Below, in pieces: positions 50,077 through 59,054 of a DNA stretch of 64,000 nt. Position 1 is the first letter of the stretch, and each line of letters begins with the position of its first letter. The notes below the pieces were generated by a model. The model made no database searches. It was given only the letters and a program-made list of their open reading frames with translations, and was not told where the DNA came from. Position numbers and translations under genes: made by a program. Location: IMG/VR virus record IMGVR_UViG_3300045988_177154, positions 1 through 64,000 of that record. One strand, given 5' to 3'. Origin of the DNA: a virus.

Positions 50077-50484
50077 TTAGTTAAAGTATATTTTTAAAAC
50101 TTTTTCATTTTCTTCTTCGTCAAAAGTTATATATTGACTTTCATTTATTCCATTCTCACCCTCAATTGGTAAGATTAGAGTTTTATTGTTATTGCTGTTT
50201 TCATAATCAATTGCAAAAGCAACAATATCATAGCATGATGTCAACCTGTTGTATGCGTCCTTTGAAAGAGCAGTCTTTTTGCCTATAAGTTTTTTAATGT
50301 TGATAACTATCAAAGCTTTTTCAGCACAAATGAAATCTTCTTTGAAAGTTTCTCCTTTAGCTGTATAGTTTGTAATAGTTTTATTTACCTCCAAAAAATG
50401 AGAAGTAATCAAATCACTAGGGTCTAAAGTTAGAGTATCTTCATCATTAAATAAAATTCTATATTCTTTTACTTTTTCAGTCAT
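50077..50484 (-). CDS. hypothetical protein, paralog of 50502..50945
   Basis: YRILFNDEDTLTLDPSDLITSHF versus YELILENCETIILSATDLIEANF. Both have the same length class. Confidence 0.75.
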   Translation of the reverse strand: MTEKVKEYRILFNDEDTLTLDPSDLITSHFLEVNKTITNYTAKGETFKEDFICAEKALIVINIKKLIGKKTALSKDAYNRLTSCYDIVAFAIDYENSNNNKTLILPIEGENGINESQYITFDEEENEKVLKIYFN

Positions 50485-50501
50485 TATATAACCTTTCTAT
50501 A

Positions 50502-50945
50502 TTAAACAGTTGTAGAAATTTCTTGCACATTTTTACCGAAGTAAATTTCTAATCGTTCTTTTCCTTGTACTTCTTCAAGGGTAGTTTCTTGTAATTTATT
50601 TTCGTAATCGCCATCAAATGGAACATAAATAAGTTCATTTGAACTGTCACTGTAAAAAATTTCCAATGCAACAATATCTGAATGTTTTGTTACCCGTTCA
50701 TAAGCATTGTATTCGCCATTAGAGAAAGAAGTTCGTCTAGCTTTGAGATTTTCTGCATCGAAAATGAGCAAAGCATCTTTAGCTACCAGAGATTCTTTTC
50801 TAAGAACTTGATTTTCTGATTGCCAAATATCTATGTGTTTATCTAATCCAGCAAAATTAGCTTCAATTAAATCTGTTGCTGATAAGATGATTGTTTCGCA
50901 ATTTTCTAGTATAAGTTCATAGCTTGTTACTGATTTTTCGTTCAT
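50502..50945 (-). CDS. hypothetical protein, paralog of 50077..50484
   Basis: Tandem duplicate. Confidence 0.75.
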   Translation of the reverse strand: MNEKSVTSYELILENCETIILSATDLIEANFAGLDKHIDIWQSENQVLRKESLVAKDALLIFDAENLKARRTSFSNGEYNAYERVTKHSDIVALEIFYSDSSNELIYVPFDGDYENKLQETTLEEVQGKERLEIYFGKNVQEISTTV

Positions 50946-50981
50946 TTAATCTCCTTGATTTTATATTTTCTTTAAATATAT

Positions 50982-51581
50982 CTATTTTAGAACTTTAAAT
51001 TCAACTGTTGACGCTTTTAATTTTCTTGTTAAGGTGTTGTTATTCCAATTGTTTTCAATTTTATAGATAACTAAAGTTTTATGGCTTTCTTTTTCATATA
51101 AAACTTTAAAATAGTAATCGTAAGAATCATTTCCTTTGTAATATGCTTTTCTAGTAAAATCAACAACTAAGTCATTATAAAATAATCTTGTTAATTCTTT
51201 AAAAGGCTCATCTGATTTATAAGCTTTAAAAACTTTTTCAATAGGAACAAAATCATTTCCTAACTTAGTATCTTCTAATTTAACTGATTTTAAATCTTGC
51301 TCTTCAAAAGAATTGATTACATCATCTTTAGAAATATTAACAACAAGCAACTGCTCTTTTAAAAATGTTTCCATTTTTCGTTGGGGCATAAAAATGTCAG
51401 TTTTTTTACCGTTAATAACAAGTTGGAATTGTGTTGATTTTAATTTAGCGTAGCTAGAATTGCTTGAATCTAAATACCCAATTAAATTGATTTTATCTCC
51501 AACATTTAATCTCTTAGTTAATGTAGTTTTTTTGATAACTTCTTTTACAATATATAAATCCGTTTTAACTGTAATATTCAT
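50982..51581 (-). CDS. hypothetical protein
   Basis: ORF track 50982..51668. Start moved to MNITVKTD (51581), which has an AAAGGGG SD. Confidence 0.7.
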   Translation of the reverse strand: MNITVKTDLYIVKEVIKKTTLTKRLNVGDKINLIGYLDSSNSSYAKLKSTQFQLVINGKKTDIFMPQRKMETFLKEQLLVVNISKDDVINSFEEQDLKSVKLEDTKLGNDFVPIEKVFKAYKSDEPFKELTRLFYNDLVVDFTRKAYYKGNDSYDYYFKVLYEKESHKTLVIYKIENNWNNNTLTRKLKASTVEFKVLK

Positions 51582-51684
51582 TCTATTACCCCTTTCTTTT
51601 TCTAATTTAATTATATAATAATTTAAGAAAAAGAGCAATATATAATTAAAAATAAAAAAGAACTTCATTTAGAAGTTCTTTCTT

Positions 51685-52308
51685 TTATTTTTTATTTTTA
51701 GTAATTTCATTCATAAATATAACTTCTGAAGCTATAATATAAGGCTGTAACCATATTGATAAAATTCCCATAGTGAAAACTGATAAAAATTCCCAACCAA
51801 AGAAGCTTAAATGTTGAATGAACAATGTCATTTTATTGCCGTTCATATCAATTCTACTCTTTGTAATATTTTCCATAGGACTATTTTCTTTATAATCATT
51901 AGAATGGTATATAGCTAAAGCATAAGAAAAGCCTTTAACTGTAGCAATAAATGGCCCAGCAAGTGGAATCAATGCCCAACAAAATACTAGAACATCTGAT
52001 ACAAGGAATGTATATATATTTTCTCTAGTTAGACAGTTGAAAATGTCTTTAACTTGATTTGAAAAGCCTTCAGCAATTTCTATTTCATTTTTTACAACTT
52101 TATATAAATATATTTGGGCAGCCAAAGCATAAAAAGCCATTATAAATCCAAATGAATATACTGGAAAATGATAATTTTCAGGCATTAGAAATACTGTTAG
52201 AAAAACTATAACTGATAATATAAGATATGGTATTCCTATTGCTTTCCAAACATGATTTCTTTTAATCAAAGCTCTTGCTTGTTCTTTGATTTCAATTCTT
52301 GACATCAT
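51685..52308 (-). CDS. DUF975-like integral membrane protein
   Basis: N-terminal MSRIEIKEQARALIKRNHVWKAIGI followed by 4-5 TM helices, resembling the DUF975 pattern. Confidence 0.55.
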   Translation of the reverse strand: MMSRIEIKEQARALIKRNHVWKAIGIPYLILSVIVFLTVFLMPENYHFPVYSFGFIMAFYALAAQIYLYKVVKNEIEIAEGFSNQVKDIFNCLTRENIYTFLVSDVLVFCWALIPLAGPFIATVKGFSYALAIYHSNDYKENSPMENITKSRIDMNGNKMTLFIQHLSFFGWEFLSVFTMGILSIWLQPYIIASEVIFMNEITKNKK

Positions 52309-52411
52309 AAAAATTTACCTCGATGATTTTAATATTCTGTTAAAATATCGAGGTTTATTTATAACTCAACAATTGGCTTCAAAGTTAGTAATATTACTTG
52401 CTTTTTGGCAT

Positions 52412-53068
52412 TTAATATCTGTTATATTTATAGCTAAGTTTCGGAAGAGCAGAATCTTCGGGAAGAGTATTAAGTAATTCTTTCAATTCCTTAACAGTGT
52501 TAAATTTTGTAAAATCAATAGTTTTATCAAGAGTTGTAAATGGAGTAACACCTGTATCAGAAAAATCATCATCACTATATGTGACTTTCCATTCAAAATA
52601 GTTTCCAAAATCTGTTTCTACTACATTCAAATAGGTAATTCCAACCCAATAATCGCCATATTCAAAATAAGGATAAGCTAGATGATTAAGTAATTCAATC
52701 AATTCATTTCTAGTAAGCATTGAAGCTGCTTTTGGAAGAGAGCTTATTGTTAATCCAGCACTTGGGTAAGTATCATAAGCTAATACACCAGAAATAAATT
52801 TAAGATAAAGTGGTACTAATTCTTGAGTAGGATTTTCAATTTCCTCTTTAGTAATTTCATAGTCTAAATCAACTGAATCAGAAAAATTTTCAATCGGAAC
52901 ATTTCTCGACTCGCTATTGAACATTGCAATATTTTTAATGATTTCTGATAGTTTCTTTGGAGTTAAATATTTGAGATTAGGATTTTGAAAATCTTTCCCA
53001 TGATAGTATTCATTTTTGCCCCATTCTTGTTTAAATTTCAATTCAATTTTTGTTTTAGTAATAGTCAT
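52412..53068 (-). CDS. hypothetical protein
   Basis: 218-aa ORF. Confidence 0.75.
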   Translation of the reverse strand: MTITKTKIELKFKQEWGKNEYYHGKDFQNPNLKYLTPKKLSEIIKNIAMFNSESRNVPIENFSDSVDLDYEITKEEIENPTQELVPLYLKFISGVLAYDTYPSAGLTISSLPKAASMLTRNELIELLNHLAYPYFEYGDYWVGITYLNVVETDFGNYFEWKVTYSDDDFSDTGVTPFTTLDKTIDFTKFNTVKELKELLNTLPEDSALPKLSYKYNRY

Positions 53069-53092
53069 ATTTAGTAAATCCTTTCTTCTTAA

Positions 53093-53890
53093 TCAATAGT
53101 GTTCTTCTTCAAAATCTGTGTAATTTAAGATTTGTTCTGCAGTTTCTTTAATTAAATCATTTAGAGAAGTTTCATCAATGCTATATCTTCTAGCTACTAA
53201 GTAAACATTAAATTCTTCATTAGGTTCAAAATCTCTATCATCAAAACTTTCTTCTGCTTCTGGTGTTACAATATGAGCGTCCAAACCATTATTATCTAAG
53301 GAAAGATTACACTTGACTGCATTGCTTAAAATTTTCTTATAAGCCATTAAATCAAAAGTAGAATAATCAAGGGTGTTGAACTTTAATAAATATAGAACTT
53401 CTTCATAATCGTGGTTGTCATAATTACATTTAAAAGATACTATGGAATCTTTGTAATTGTTGTTATATTGGCTTTTTACTCTGGTATATATTAAATTCTC
53501 GCCTAAATCTTCTAAGTATTTATAAATTGGAATAATTCTGTTTTGAAACTCAATCCATTTTTCAAGTTCATTAAGCATTGTAGAACCTGAAGTTGAAATC
53601 TCTACTGGCGAAAAATCTTCACAATAATAAATCAATGTTAACTTATTGATTGTATAATCACTTTCGATTTTAAGTTTGTGTTTGAAATGAAAATTATCAA
53701 TCTTATTTTGCAAGTCTTGAACTTTGCTTATAATAAATTCTTTGTTTAAATTGTTAGCGCTATTACTTTCTTCTTCCTCTCGTATTCGATTCTCAAAATA
53801 AGCTTTGCTCTCTTCAAGTTTTGTTATTTCTTTTTTCAGAGCTTCAATTTCTTTGTTCTTTTTCTCTACAATTTCATATAAGTTTTCCAT
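53093..53890 (-). CDS. hypothetical protein with N-terminal coiled coil
   Basis: 265-aa ORF with a heptad-like N-terminus, KNKEIEALKKEITKLEESKAYFENRIREEEE. Confidence 0.75.
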   Translation of the reverse strand: MENLYEIVEKKNKEIEALKKEITKLEESKAYFENRIREEEESNSANNLNKEFIISKVQDLQNKIDNFHFKHKLKIESDYTINKLTLIYYCEDFSPVEISTSGSTMLNELEKWIEFQNRIIPIYKYLEDLGENLIYTRVKSQYNNNYKDSIVSFKCNYDNHDYEEVLYLLKFNTLDYSTFDLMAYKKILSNAVKCNLSLDNNGLDAHIVTPEAEESFDDRDFEPNEEFNVYLVARRYSIDETSLNDLIKETAEQILNYTDFEEEHY

Positions 53891-53893
53891 TGC

Positions 53894-54430
53894 TTAATTC
53901 TCCTTACGAGCCATATCTTTTAAAACAAACTCTAAAATTGTTTCATCTTCTGGCACATGGTCGAAATTCCAATTAAGACCGTCAAGTAATCTGGTTCTTT
54001 TCCAAGCATAGACCCAATCTTCCATTCGTGATTGAATATATTTATTAGTCCAACTTGTTTCAAAATATTCTGCATCATCACCAATTTCTTTTTCTAAGTA
54101 TATAGGATTGCCTTCTAATTGCATAATTTCATTTAAGAAAGGCCCCTCGTGGTCATTCTTGTTTAATGAATCTTCATTTAGGATATTTTCTATTTCTTTC
54201 ATGGTGGTTTCTTGTAAGATATAGATTGGTAAATAAGTTTCTATTGGATAACCATTCTCAGTTTTAGCTTCTTCTAGTTCTTCGCTAGACAACCAATCAT
54301 CATCATTACAAAACTCAAAAAACAATTTATTATCTTTTGTTGTAATAATATTAAGTATTGAGCCTTCCATTCCAGCAATACCACCTAATAGATATAGACA
54401 GGTTCTGTTTTTTATTTCACTAAATTTCAT
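53894..54430 (-). CDS. hypothetical protein
   Basis: 178-aa ORF, 3 nt from its neighbour. Confidence 0.75.
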   Translation of the reverse strand: MKFSEIKNRTCLYLLGGIAGMEGSILNIITTKDNKLFFEFCNDDDWLSSEELEEAKTENGYPIETYLPIYILQETTMKEIENILNEDSLNKNDHEGPFLNEIMQLEGNPIYLEKEIGDDAEYFETSWTNKYIQSRMEDWVYAWKRTRLLDGLNWNFDHVPEDETILEFVLKDMARKEN

Positions 54431-54438
54431 TTATAACC

Positions 54439-54867
54439 TCAATCTTTTGTTTTTAATCTTTTTAAAGTAGAATATAGAGAGCTTAATTTATGATAACTGT
54501 CATGTGTAAGTGTTTCATTCTCTGCAACAGTATTTATATTCCCTCTAATCCAATCAGCAACAGTATCACAATCTTTCAACAATTTACTTTGCTCAGCTTT
54601 AGTCAAAAGATGATTGTTTCTTTTTAGAATAATCAAAGCATGATTCACTTCAAAAGTAGAAAAACCCACCTCAAAAACCTTGAATAATCCATGCTCGAGA
54701 GCAAGTTCTATAATCTCTTTATTGAACTCATATTCAAATTGATTTACAAGATTGTAGGGTTTCTTACTTAAATAAGATAATTTATTTAATTTGTTTGTGC
54801 AGTCATTCAGAGTTATAGAATGAGGCTCTGCAATCAAAGAATGAAGAAACAGTCTATTAGTATCCAT
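54439..54867 (-). CDS. hypothetical protein
   Basis: 142-aa ORF behind the promoter at 54902-54930. Confidence 0.75.
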   Translation of the reverse strand: MDTNRLFLHSLIAEPHSITLNDCTNKLNKLSYLSKKPYNLVNQFEYEFNKEIIELALEHGLFKVFEVGFSTFEVNHALIILKRNNHLLTKAEQSKLLKDCDTVADWIRGNINTVAENETLTHDSYHKLSSLYSTLKRLKTKD

Positions 54868-54901
54868 TTTTTTATTTTACCTTTCAGTTTTCATTTGTAC
54901 T

Positions 54902-54930
54902 ATTATATAACATTTTTTAATTTTTATCAA
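54902..54930 (-). promoter_or_regulatory. sigma-A-type promoter TTGATA-17-TATAAT
   Basis: Plus strand reads ATTATA (54902-54907) and TATCAA (54925-54930). Confidence 0.75.
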
Positions 54931-54946
54931 TTAAAAATTTTTATGA

Positions 54947-54975
54947 TTGAAAAATTAACATTTTTGTTATATAAT
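54947..54975 (+). promoter_or_regulatory. sigma-A-type promoter TTGAAA-17-TATAAT upstream of the tnpA remnant/TnpB-like unit
   Basis: TTGAAA at 54947-54952 and TATAAT at 54970-54975, followed by ATAACTATA as in phage early promoters. Confidence 0.75.
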
Positions 54976-55025
54976 ATAACTATATTTATGAATATGAAAT
55001 AGAGGTTAGAAATGAAATTAGAAGC

Positions 55026-55202
55026 TTTATAACTACTAACAAAGAAAGATTAGTGGGATTTGGTTTTAAATATATAGAAGCTATATGTAATCCTCATAAT
55101 GTAGAAATAGTTGTAATACAATCAGAACAAGATAATAAATCAGTTGAACAAGAATTAACAGAAGATATTAAGAACTTATTAGCAACATTAGAAAAGGAGT
55201 AG
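55026..55202 (+). pseudogene. IS607 serine recombinase remnant (C-terminal ~58 codons only, no start codon)
   Basis: FITTNKERLVGFGFKYIEAICNPHNVEIVVIQSEQDNKSVEQELTEDIKNLLATLEKE aligns with residues ~130-190 of TnpA at 9944..10573. The HTH and catalytic Ser are absent. Confidence 0.75.
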
Positions 55203-55212
55203 TTATCAAATA

Positions 55213-56565
55213 ATGAGTAATGTATTTACGGTAACAACTGAATTAAAATTGAATAAAGAATATAATCAGTTGGTTGGTAAATACATTTCTGATTATATTG
55301 AAATATTCAATAAAATTCAGAGATTAACATTTCATAGAATTAAAAATTACTATATAAAAAATGGTAAAATAACTCAAAAAGATAGAAATATTATTCATGC
55401 TCAACTAAAAGAAGAATTTAATCTAACTAGTCGAGCTATTGATGCAATATTAAGTAATATGTTAGGTCGTTTTGAATCTATCAAAGAATTAAAGGAATTT
55501 GAAAGAAAAAGTTTAGAAAGAAAGATTTTTGCTCTTGAAAAAGAACTAACTAAATTAAAAGATGAAAGAACTTTACAAAGAATAAATTTAAATAACAATT
55601 TAAAAGATTTCAACTTTGTTAAATACAAAAATCTAAAAATAAAAATCTACTGGAAACAAAACAGATTAAATACTAAAAAGCAAAAACTTAAAAATCTTGA
55701 AAATGAAATTGAAACGAGTAAATATAAAGTATGTTTTGGCACTAAGAATTTACTACAAAAAGATTATAGCAAATTTATTAAGAAAAGAGATAGTGAAATC
55801 TATTTCTTAGGTAGAGCTGGCGATAAAGCTTGCAACTTCAATTTCCAAGTGGAATATAACTCTAAAACAAATCAATTCTATTTTAGAATTAGAAAAGAAA
55901 TTGACTTAGATAATGACAAATTCGTTTATGGCCAATTTCATTTTAATAATAAAAATTATACTAATTTATTAAAGAAGTTACTAAAAACCAAAGAAAGTGC
56001 TTTAACATATAGAATTAAGATAAAAAATAATCGAGTATTTCTCCAAATCATATACAACTTTGAGCATAACAAAGATTTATGTGTAACTAGAGATAGTTAT
56101 GGTGTAATTGGAGTAGATTTTAACAAAGGCTTTGTATCTGTAAGTGAAACAGATAAATACGGTAATTTAATAAACACTTTTAATATAGATTATCAATATA
56201 GTAAAGGTAATCAAACAACAAATGATTTTCAATATATAGCAACTAAATTAAAAGATTATTGCTTAAGAACTGGAAAAGATTTAGTTATAGAGAAACTTGA
56301 CTTTACTAAAAAGAAAGATAATTTAATAAGTAAGAAAGGTAAAAAATATAATGAAATGTTATCAACACTTGCTTATTCTAAATTTGATTCTATTATAACT
56401 TCTAAATGTGCTAAAAACAGAATTTTTTTACATAAAGTTAATCCGGCATGGACGAGTTGGATTGCGAAACGAAAATATTGTCTGAAAATGAAATTAAACA
56501 TACACTCTGGAGCTTCTTATGTTATTGCTCGTAGAGGTATGTTCTTAAAAGATAAAGTAAAATAA
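55213..56565 (+). CDS. TnpB-like protein lacking the zinc ribbon, with His at the RuvC-III Asp position
   Basis: RuvC-I GVDFNKG, RuvC-II LVIEKLDF, then VNPAWTSWIAKRKYCLKMKLNIHSGASYVIARRG. No CxxC pairs. The canonical D-x-NAA is replaced by H-S-GAS. Confidence 0.7.
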   Translation: MSNVFTVTTELKLNKEYNQLVGKYISDYIEIFNKIQRLTFHRIKNYYIKNGKITQKDRNIIHAQLKEEFNLTSRAIDAILSNMLGRFESIKELKEFERKSLERKIFALEKELTKLKDERTLQRINLNNNLKDFNFVKYKNLKIKIYWKQNRLNTKKQKLKNLENEIETSKYKVCFGTKNLLQKDYSKFIKKRDSEIYFLGRAGDKACNFNFQVEYNSKTNQFYFRIRKEIDLDNDKFVYGQFHFNNKNYTNLLKKLLKTKESALTYRIKIKNNRVFLQIIYNFEHNKDLCVTRDSYGVIGVDFNKGFVSVSETDKYGNLINTFNIDYQYSKGNQTTNDFQYIATKLKDYCLRTGKDLVIEKLDFTKKKDNLISKKGKKYNEMLSTLAYSKFDSIITSKCAKNRIFLHKVNPAWTSWIAKRKYCLKMKLNIHSGASYVIARRGMFLKDKVK

Positions 56566-56760
56566 CATAGTATTTCTACTTAACCAGAATAAGACCAAGT
56601 GATTGATGTCTGGCTCTGTGTAGAAATTCAAAAATAAAATAACTTTTCATTATCTTTGAAGTTGTAATTCCTACGTGGTGAAACTAAAAAGAAAATGAAA
56701 TTAAAATGTTCATCTGAATTAAGATGAAATAGTCATTGTGGTCACGGACGAAAAACAATC
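56566..56760 (+). ncRNA. candidate guide/scaffold RNA region downstream of the TnpB-like gene
   Basis: ORF-free. Nested helices ATTTCTAC (56572-56579) / GTAGAAAT (56620-56627) and CCAGA (56584-56588) / TCTGG (56609-56613). Hairpin TTCATCT/AGATGAA (56709-56728). Confidence 0.4.
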
Positions 56761-57036
56761 TTGAATTATGGAATATACACTATTCTATATTTCTTGTACC
56801 ACATTCCACAAGAATTTCAAATAAAATACCCGTTAGAATTAGTCTTTAAATACCCTAATCTTGTTTCTTCTTTGAGTGACTCACAAATCTCTAATATTCC
56901 AAGCGCTAATCATTTACTTATGATTGGCTACAAAATCAAAGATTGGAATTATGACTATTTTGATGCTAGAGAAATTATGAGAGCAAGAGAAATATTTAAA
57001 AATGGCACCTATCAAGTAATTGAACATAAAAAGTGA
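56761..57036 (+). CDS. hypothetical ORF with doubtful start (TTG); possibly the 3' part of a gene disrupted by the IS-derived element
   Basis: No in-frame ATG until codon ~55 and no clear SD. The frame is open from 56731. Confidence 0.4.
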   Translation: MNYGIYTILYFLYHIPQEFQIKYPLELVFKYPNLVSSLSDSQISNIPSANHLLMIGYKIKDWNYDYFDAREIMRAREIFKNGTYQVIEHKK

Positions 57037-57069
57037 TAAGTCCTTTAGTTTTTACTTGTTAGATTGATG

Positions 57070-57180
57070 AAATAAACAATTCTAAGCTGCTTTACTGCAA
57101 ATCCGATACATTGCAGTTTCTCAGTTATAGCGTTTTATTAGTGACGATATAACGACATTCAAATTCAGTCTAAGCAATTC
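57070..57180 (+). repeat. intergenic repeat family A, copy A7
   Basis: AAATAAACAATTCTAAGCTGCTTTACTGCAAATCCGATACATTGCAGT...TTAGTGACGATATAACGACATTCAAATTCAGTCTAAGC. Confidence 0.85.
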
Positions 57181-57235
57181 TAAAAATCAACATTTCAAAC
57201 AGTTGAAACTATTTTTATTTTTTATATTTTTATTG

Positions 57236-57264
57236 TTGACAAATTATAAACTTTGTTGTATTAT
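57236..57264 (+). promoter_or_regulatory. sigma-A-type promoter TTGACA-17-TATTAT
   Basis: TTGACA at 57236-57241 and TATTAT at 57259-57264. Confidence 0.8.
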
Positions 57265-57313
57265 ATAAATATAGAAAAGGAAATTAACAACAAAAGAAAT
57301 GGAGTTTTTTACT

Positions 57314-57490
57314 ATGACGAAAGAAGCTATTAAGAAAAATATTGCAACTCTTGCTAAATCACAAGGATTCTATGGGCGACTTCTTAATCAAATTGAAGAA
57401 GATGAAGCTGTCCTTGATTACCTTCATGAGAAATCAATTCAAGAAGGCTGGAAAGATGCTGTAGATATGGTTCTAGCTATTGAATGCTAA
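57314..57490 (+). CDS. hypothetical small protein
   Basis: ORF track 57299..57490. ATG 57314 (MTKEAIKKN) is preferred because a GGAG lies 9 nt upstream. Confidence 0.7.
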   Translation: MTKEAIKKNIATLAKSQGFYGRLLNQIEEDEAVLDYLHEKSIQEGWKDAVDMVLAIEC

Positions 57491-57573
57491 TCTTTTAAAA
57501 TAAATGAATTTAATATTTAAAGAGGTGGTGGAAAACTACCTTTTTATTTTTTAAAATTTTTTATTAAAAATTG

Positions 57574-57602
57574 TTGACAAACTATAAATTTTATTGTATT
57601 AT
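57574..57602 (+). promoter_or_regulatory. sigma-A-type promoter TTGACA-17-TATTAT with conserved leader
   Basis: TTGACA at 57574-57579 and TATTAT at 57597-57602. Confidence 0.85.
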
Positions 57603-57642
57603 ATAACTATAATAAAACAAATGAAAAAAGAGGACATAAACA

Positions 57643-57813
57643 ATGAAAAGAAATAAAATGACAATCAAAATTACTGTAAAACCACATCATAAATCAAAAA
57701 TGACTAAGGAAGAACTACAATCTCACTTGAATGAGATGCGTAGAGGTGCCTCTGTTACTAAAAATGGAAAAGGCTTCCAGCGCCACCAAAAACATAAAAA
57801 TCGTGAATATTAA
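57643..57813 (+). CDS. small highly basic protein (56 aa) missed by the ORF track
   Basis: MKRNKMTIKITVKPHHKSKMTKEELQSHLNEMRRGASVTKNGKGFQRHQKHKNREY. AAGAGGA SD. First gene behind the promoter. Confidence 0.65.
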   Translation: MKRNKMTIKITVKPHHKSKMTKEELQSHLNEMRRGASVTKNGKGFQRHQKHKNREY

Positions 57814-57825
57814 GAGGTGATGAAA

Positions 57826-58392
57826 ATGACTAAAGAACTCAAACCATTAAAATCAATTCTATTCGTAAGTAGAAATAAGGATAATAAACACTTGCCAGAT
57901 TTTAAAGAACGAAGATATGTTCGACTAACTACTAAAACAGCTGAAGAACTTAAAAAAGATTTTGACCATTGGGCTGCTAAAGGGCCTGAAGGTGAATTTT
58001 GCCGTTTCTATATGAAAATCAATGCTCGAGACCCAGAGAAAACTAAAAAGAATCTCATTAAAGAACTTATTTTTAATGACAATTTCGATTTAGTATCTGC
58101 TGAAGCAAAAATTGCTGGTATTGCTAATAAAAAAGAATGTGCAGCTGAACGAAAATGGCTATTTGACTTTGATGATACTGAAGATAAACTTGAAGAGTTC
58201 ATCAATGATATTAAGGAATATGACAAGGCTTCTGTTCCACTAGAAATAGAAGTTCATAAAACTCCAAATGGGCATGCAGTTATCGTCAATCGTGGTTTTG
58301 ATACTAGAGAATTGATGAAAAAATGGAACGCTACTGTCGAACTTAAAAAAGACGAAATGCTATGCGTTAACTGGACAGGTAAGGAGAATTAA
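57826..58392 (+). CDS. hypothetical protein, paralog of 39250..39861
   Basis: ATG 57826 (MTKELKPLKSILFVSRNKD) is preferred, with an AGAGG SD 8 nt upstream. Shared motifs FDFDD, HKTPNGHAVIV and ELKKDEMLCVNW. Confidence 0.75.
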   Translation: MTKELKPLKSILFVSRNKDNKHLPDFKERRYVRLTTKTAEELKKDFDHWAAKGPEGEFCRFYMKINARDPEKTKKNLIKELIFNDNFDLVSAEAKIAGIANKKECAAERKWLFDFDDTEDKLEEFINDIKEYDKASVPLEIEVHKTPNGHAVIVNRGFDTRELMKKWNATVELKKDEMLCVNWTGKEN

Positions 58393-58665
58393 GTGGAAAG
58401 AAAAGGATATGAAATGCTCAAAGGAATTTTTGAGCTAGATAAAGATTGGAATTTATATTCCCAAGAAGAACAAAAAGAAATTGTAGCTAAAAAAGCAAAA
58501 GTTTTGCTTCACCTAGTAGAAACAAATCCCCGATTAGAAGAAGCTCTAATCGGACACTTAAAACAAGAATATATTGCTTCAGTCGAAAAGAAAGCCAAAG
58601 AATATATTCTTGGAGGATTCCCTACTCTATCAAAGATGAATAACAAATCTCAAAAAGAAAAATAA
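58393..58665 (+). CDS. hypothetical protein
   Basis: The GTG start lies 6 nt after an AAGGAG and abuts the previous stop. Confidence 0.7.
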   Translation: MERKGYEMLKGIFELDKDWNLYSQEEQKEIVAKKAKVLLHLVETNPRLEEALIGHLKQEYIASVEKKAKEYILGGFPTLSKMNNKSQKEK

Positions 58666-58725
58666 ACTGCTCATTAAGGCAGTTTTTCTTTTTATAAAAA
58701 ATTTTAAAAAAGTTTTATTTTTCTG

Positions 58726-58754
58726 TTGACAAATTAAAATTCCTATTGTATAAT
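58726..58754 (+). promoter_or_regulatory. sigma-A-type promoter TTGACA-17-TATAAT
   Basis: TTGACA at 58726-58731 and TATAAT at 58749-58754. Confidence 0.85.
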
Positions 58755-58789
58755 GATATTATAGAAATGAGAAATGAGGAAAAATAACA

Positions 58790-59050
58790 ATGATTGAAGT
58801 ATGGTACTATGATAGAAATAAACAAGCTGACAAAACTTATCCAAACAAACTGTCAGAATATGAAGTTGCTGACCTAATCAAAAATGGCTTGACTACTACT
58901 TCAGAAGAAAATATTGCTCAATATATGAGTCCTTGGTATAGCACTTATAAAGATAAAAAAGATGCTAAGGAAAATTGTCCATATTCTAAAAAACGGGGCA
59001 ATGTAGTAATCTTCAAAAACATTAAAACAGGTAAATTTACTCGTGCTTAA
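58790..59050 (+). CDS. hypothetical protein
   Basis: 86-aa ORF with a GAGGAAAA SD. Confidence 0.8.
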   Translation: MIEVWYYDRNKQADKTYPNKLSEYEVADLIKNGLTTTSEENIAQYMSPWYSTYKDKKDAKENCPYSKKRGNVVIFKNIKTGKFTRA

Positions 59051-59054
59051 TAAC

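Larger units (their letters stand above)
55010..56760 (+). mobile_element. decayed IS607-derived element (tnpA C-terminal stub + TnpB-like gene + structured 3' tail)
   Basis: The recombinase remnant and the TnpB-like ORF sit in the IS607 gene order. The ends are not defined. A weak 11-bp direct repeat, AAATGAAATTA, occurs at 55010-55020 and 56693-56703. Confidence 0.55.

Noticed and set aside
55010-56703. The 11-bp direct repeat AAATGAAATTA (55010-55020 and 56693-56703) as boundaries of the second IS-derived element.
   Set aside because: An 11-mer of A and T in this AT-rich genome can recur by chance. Joining the flanks through it gives only a 10-codon ORF and does not restore the 56761 frame. 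It is mentioned but not used to define the ends.
57643-57813. ArfA-like ribosome rescue factor, suggested by VTKNGKGFQRHQKHKNR versus the ArfA KKGKGSYxRKxK motif.
   Set aside because: The similarity is confined to a short Lys/Gly-rich stretch in a 56-aa basic peptide, which is too low in complexity for a call without a profile search. It is kept only as a small basic protein.
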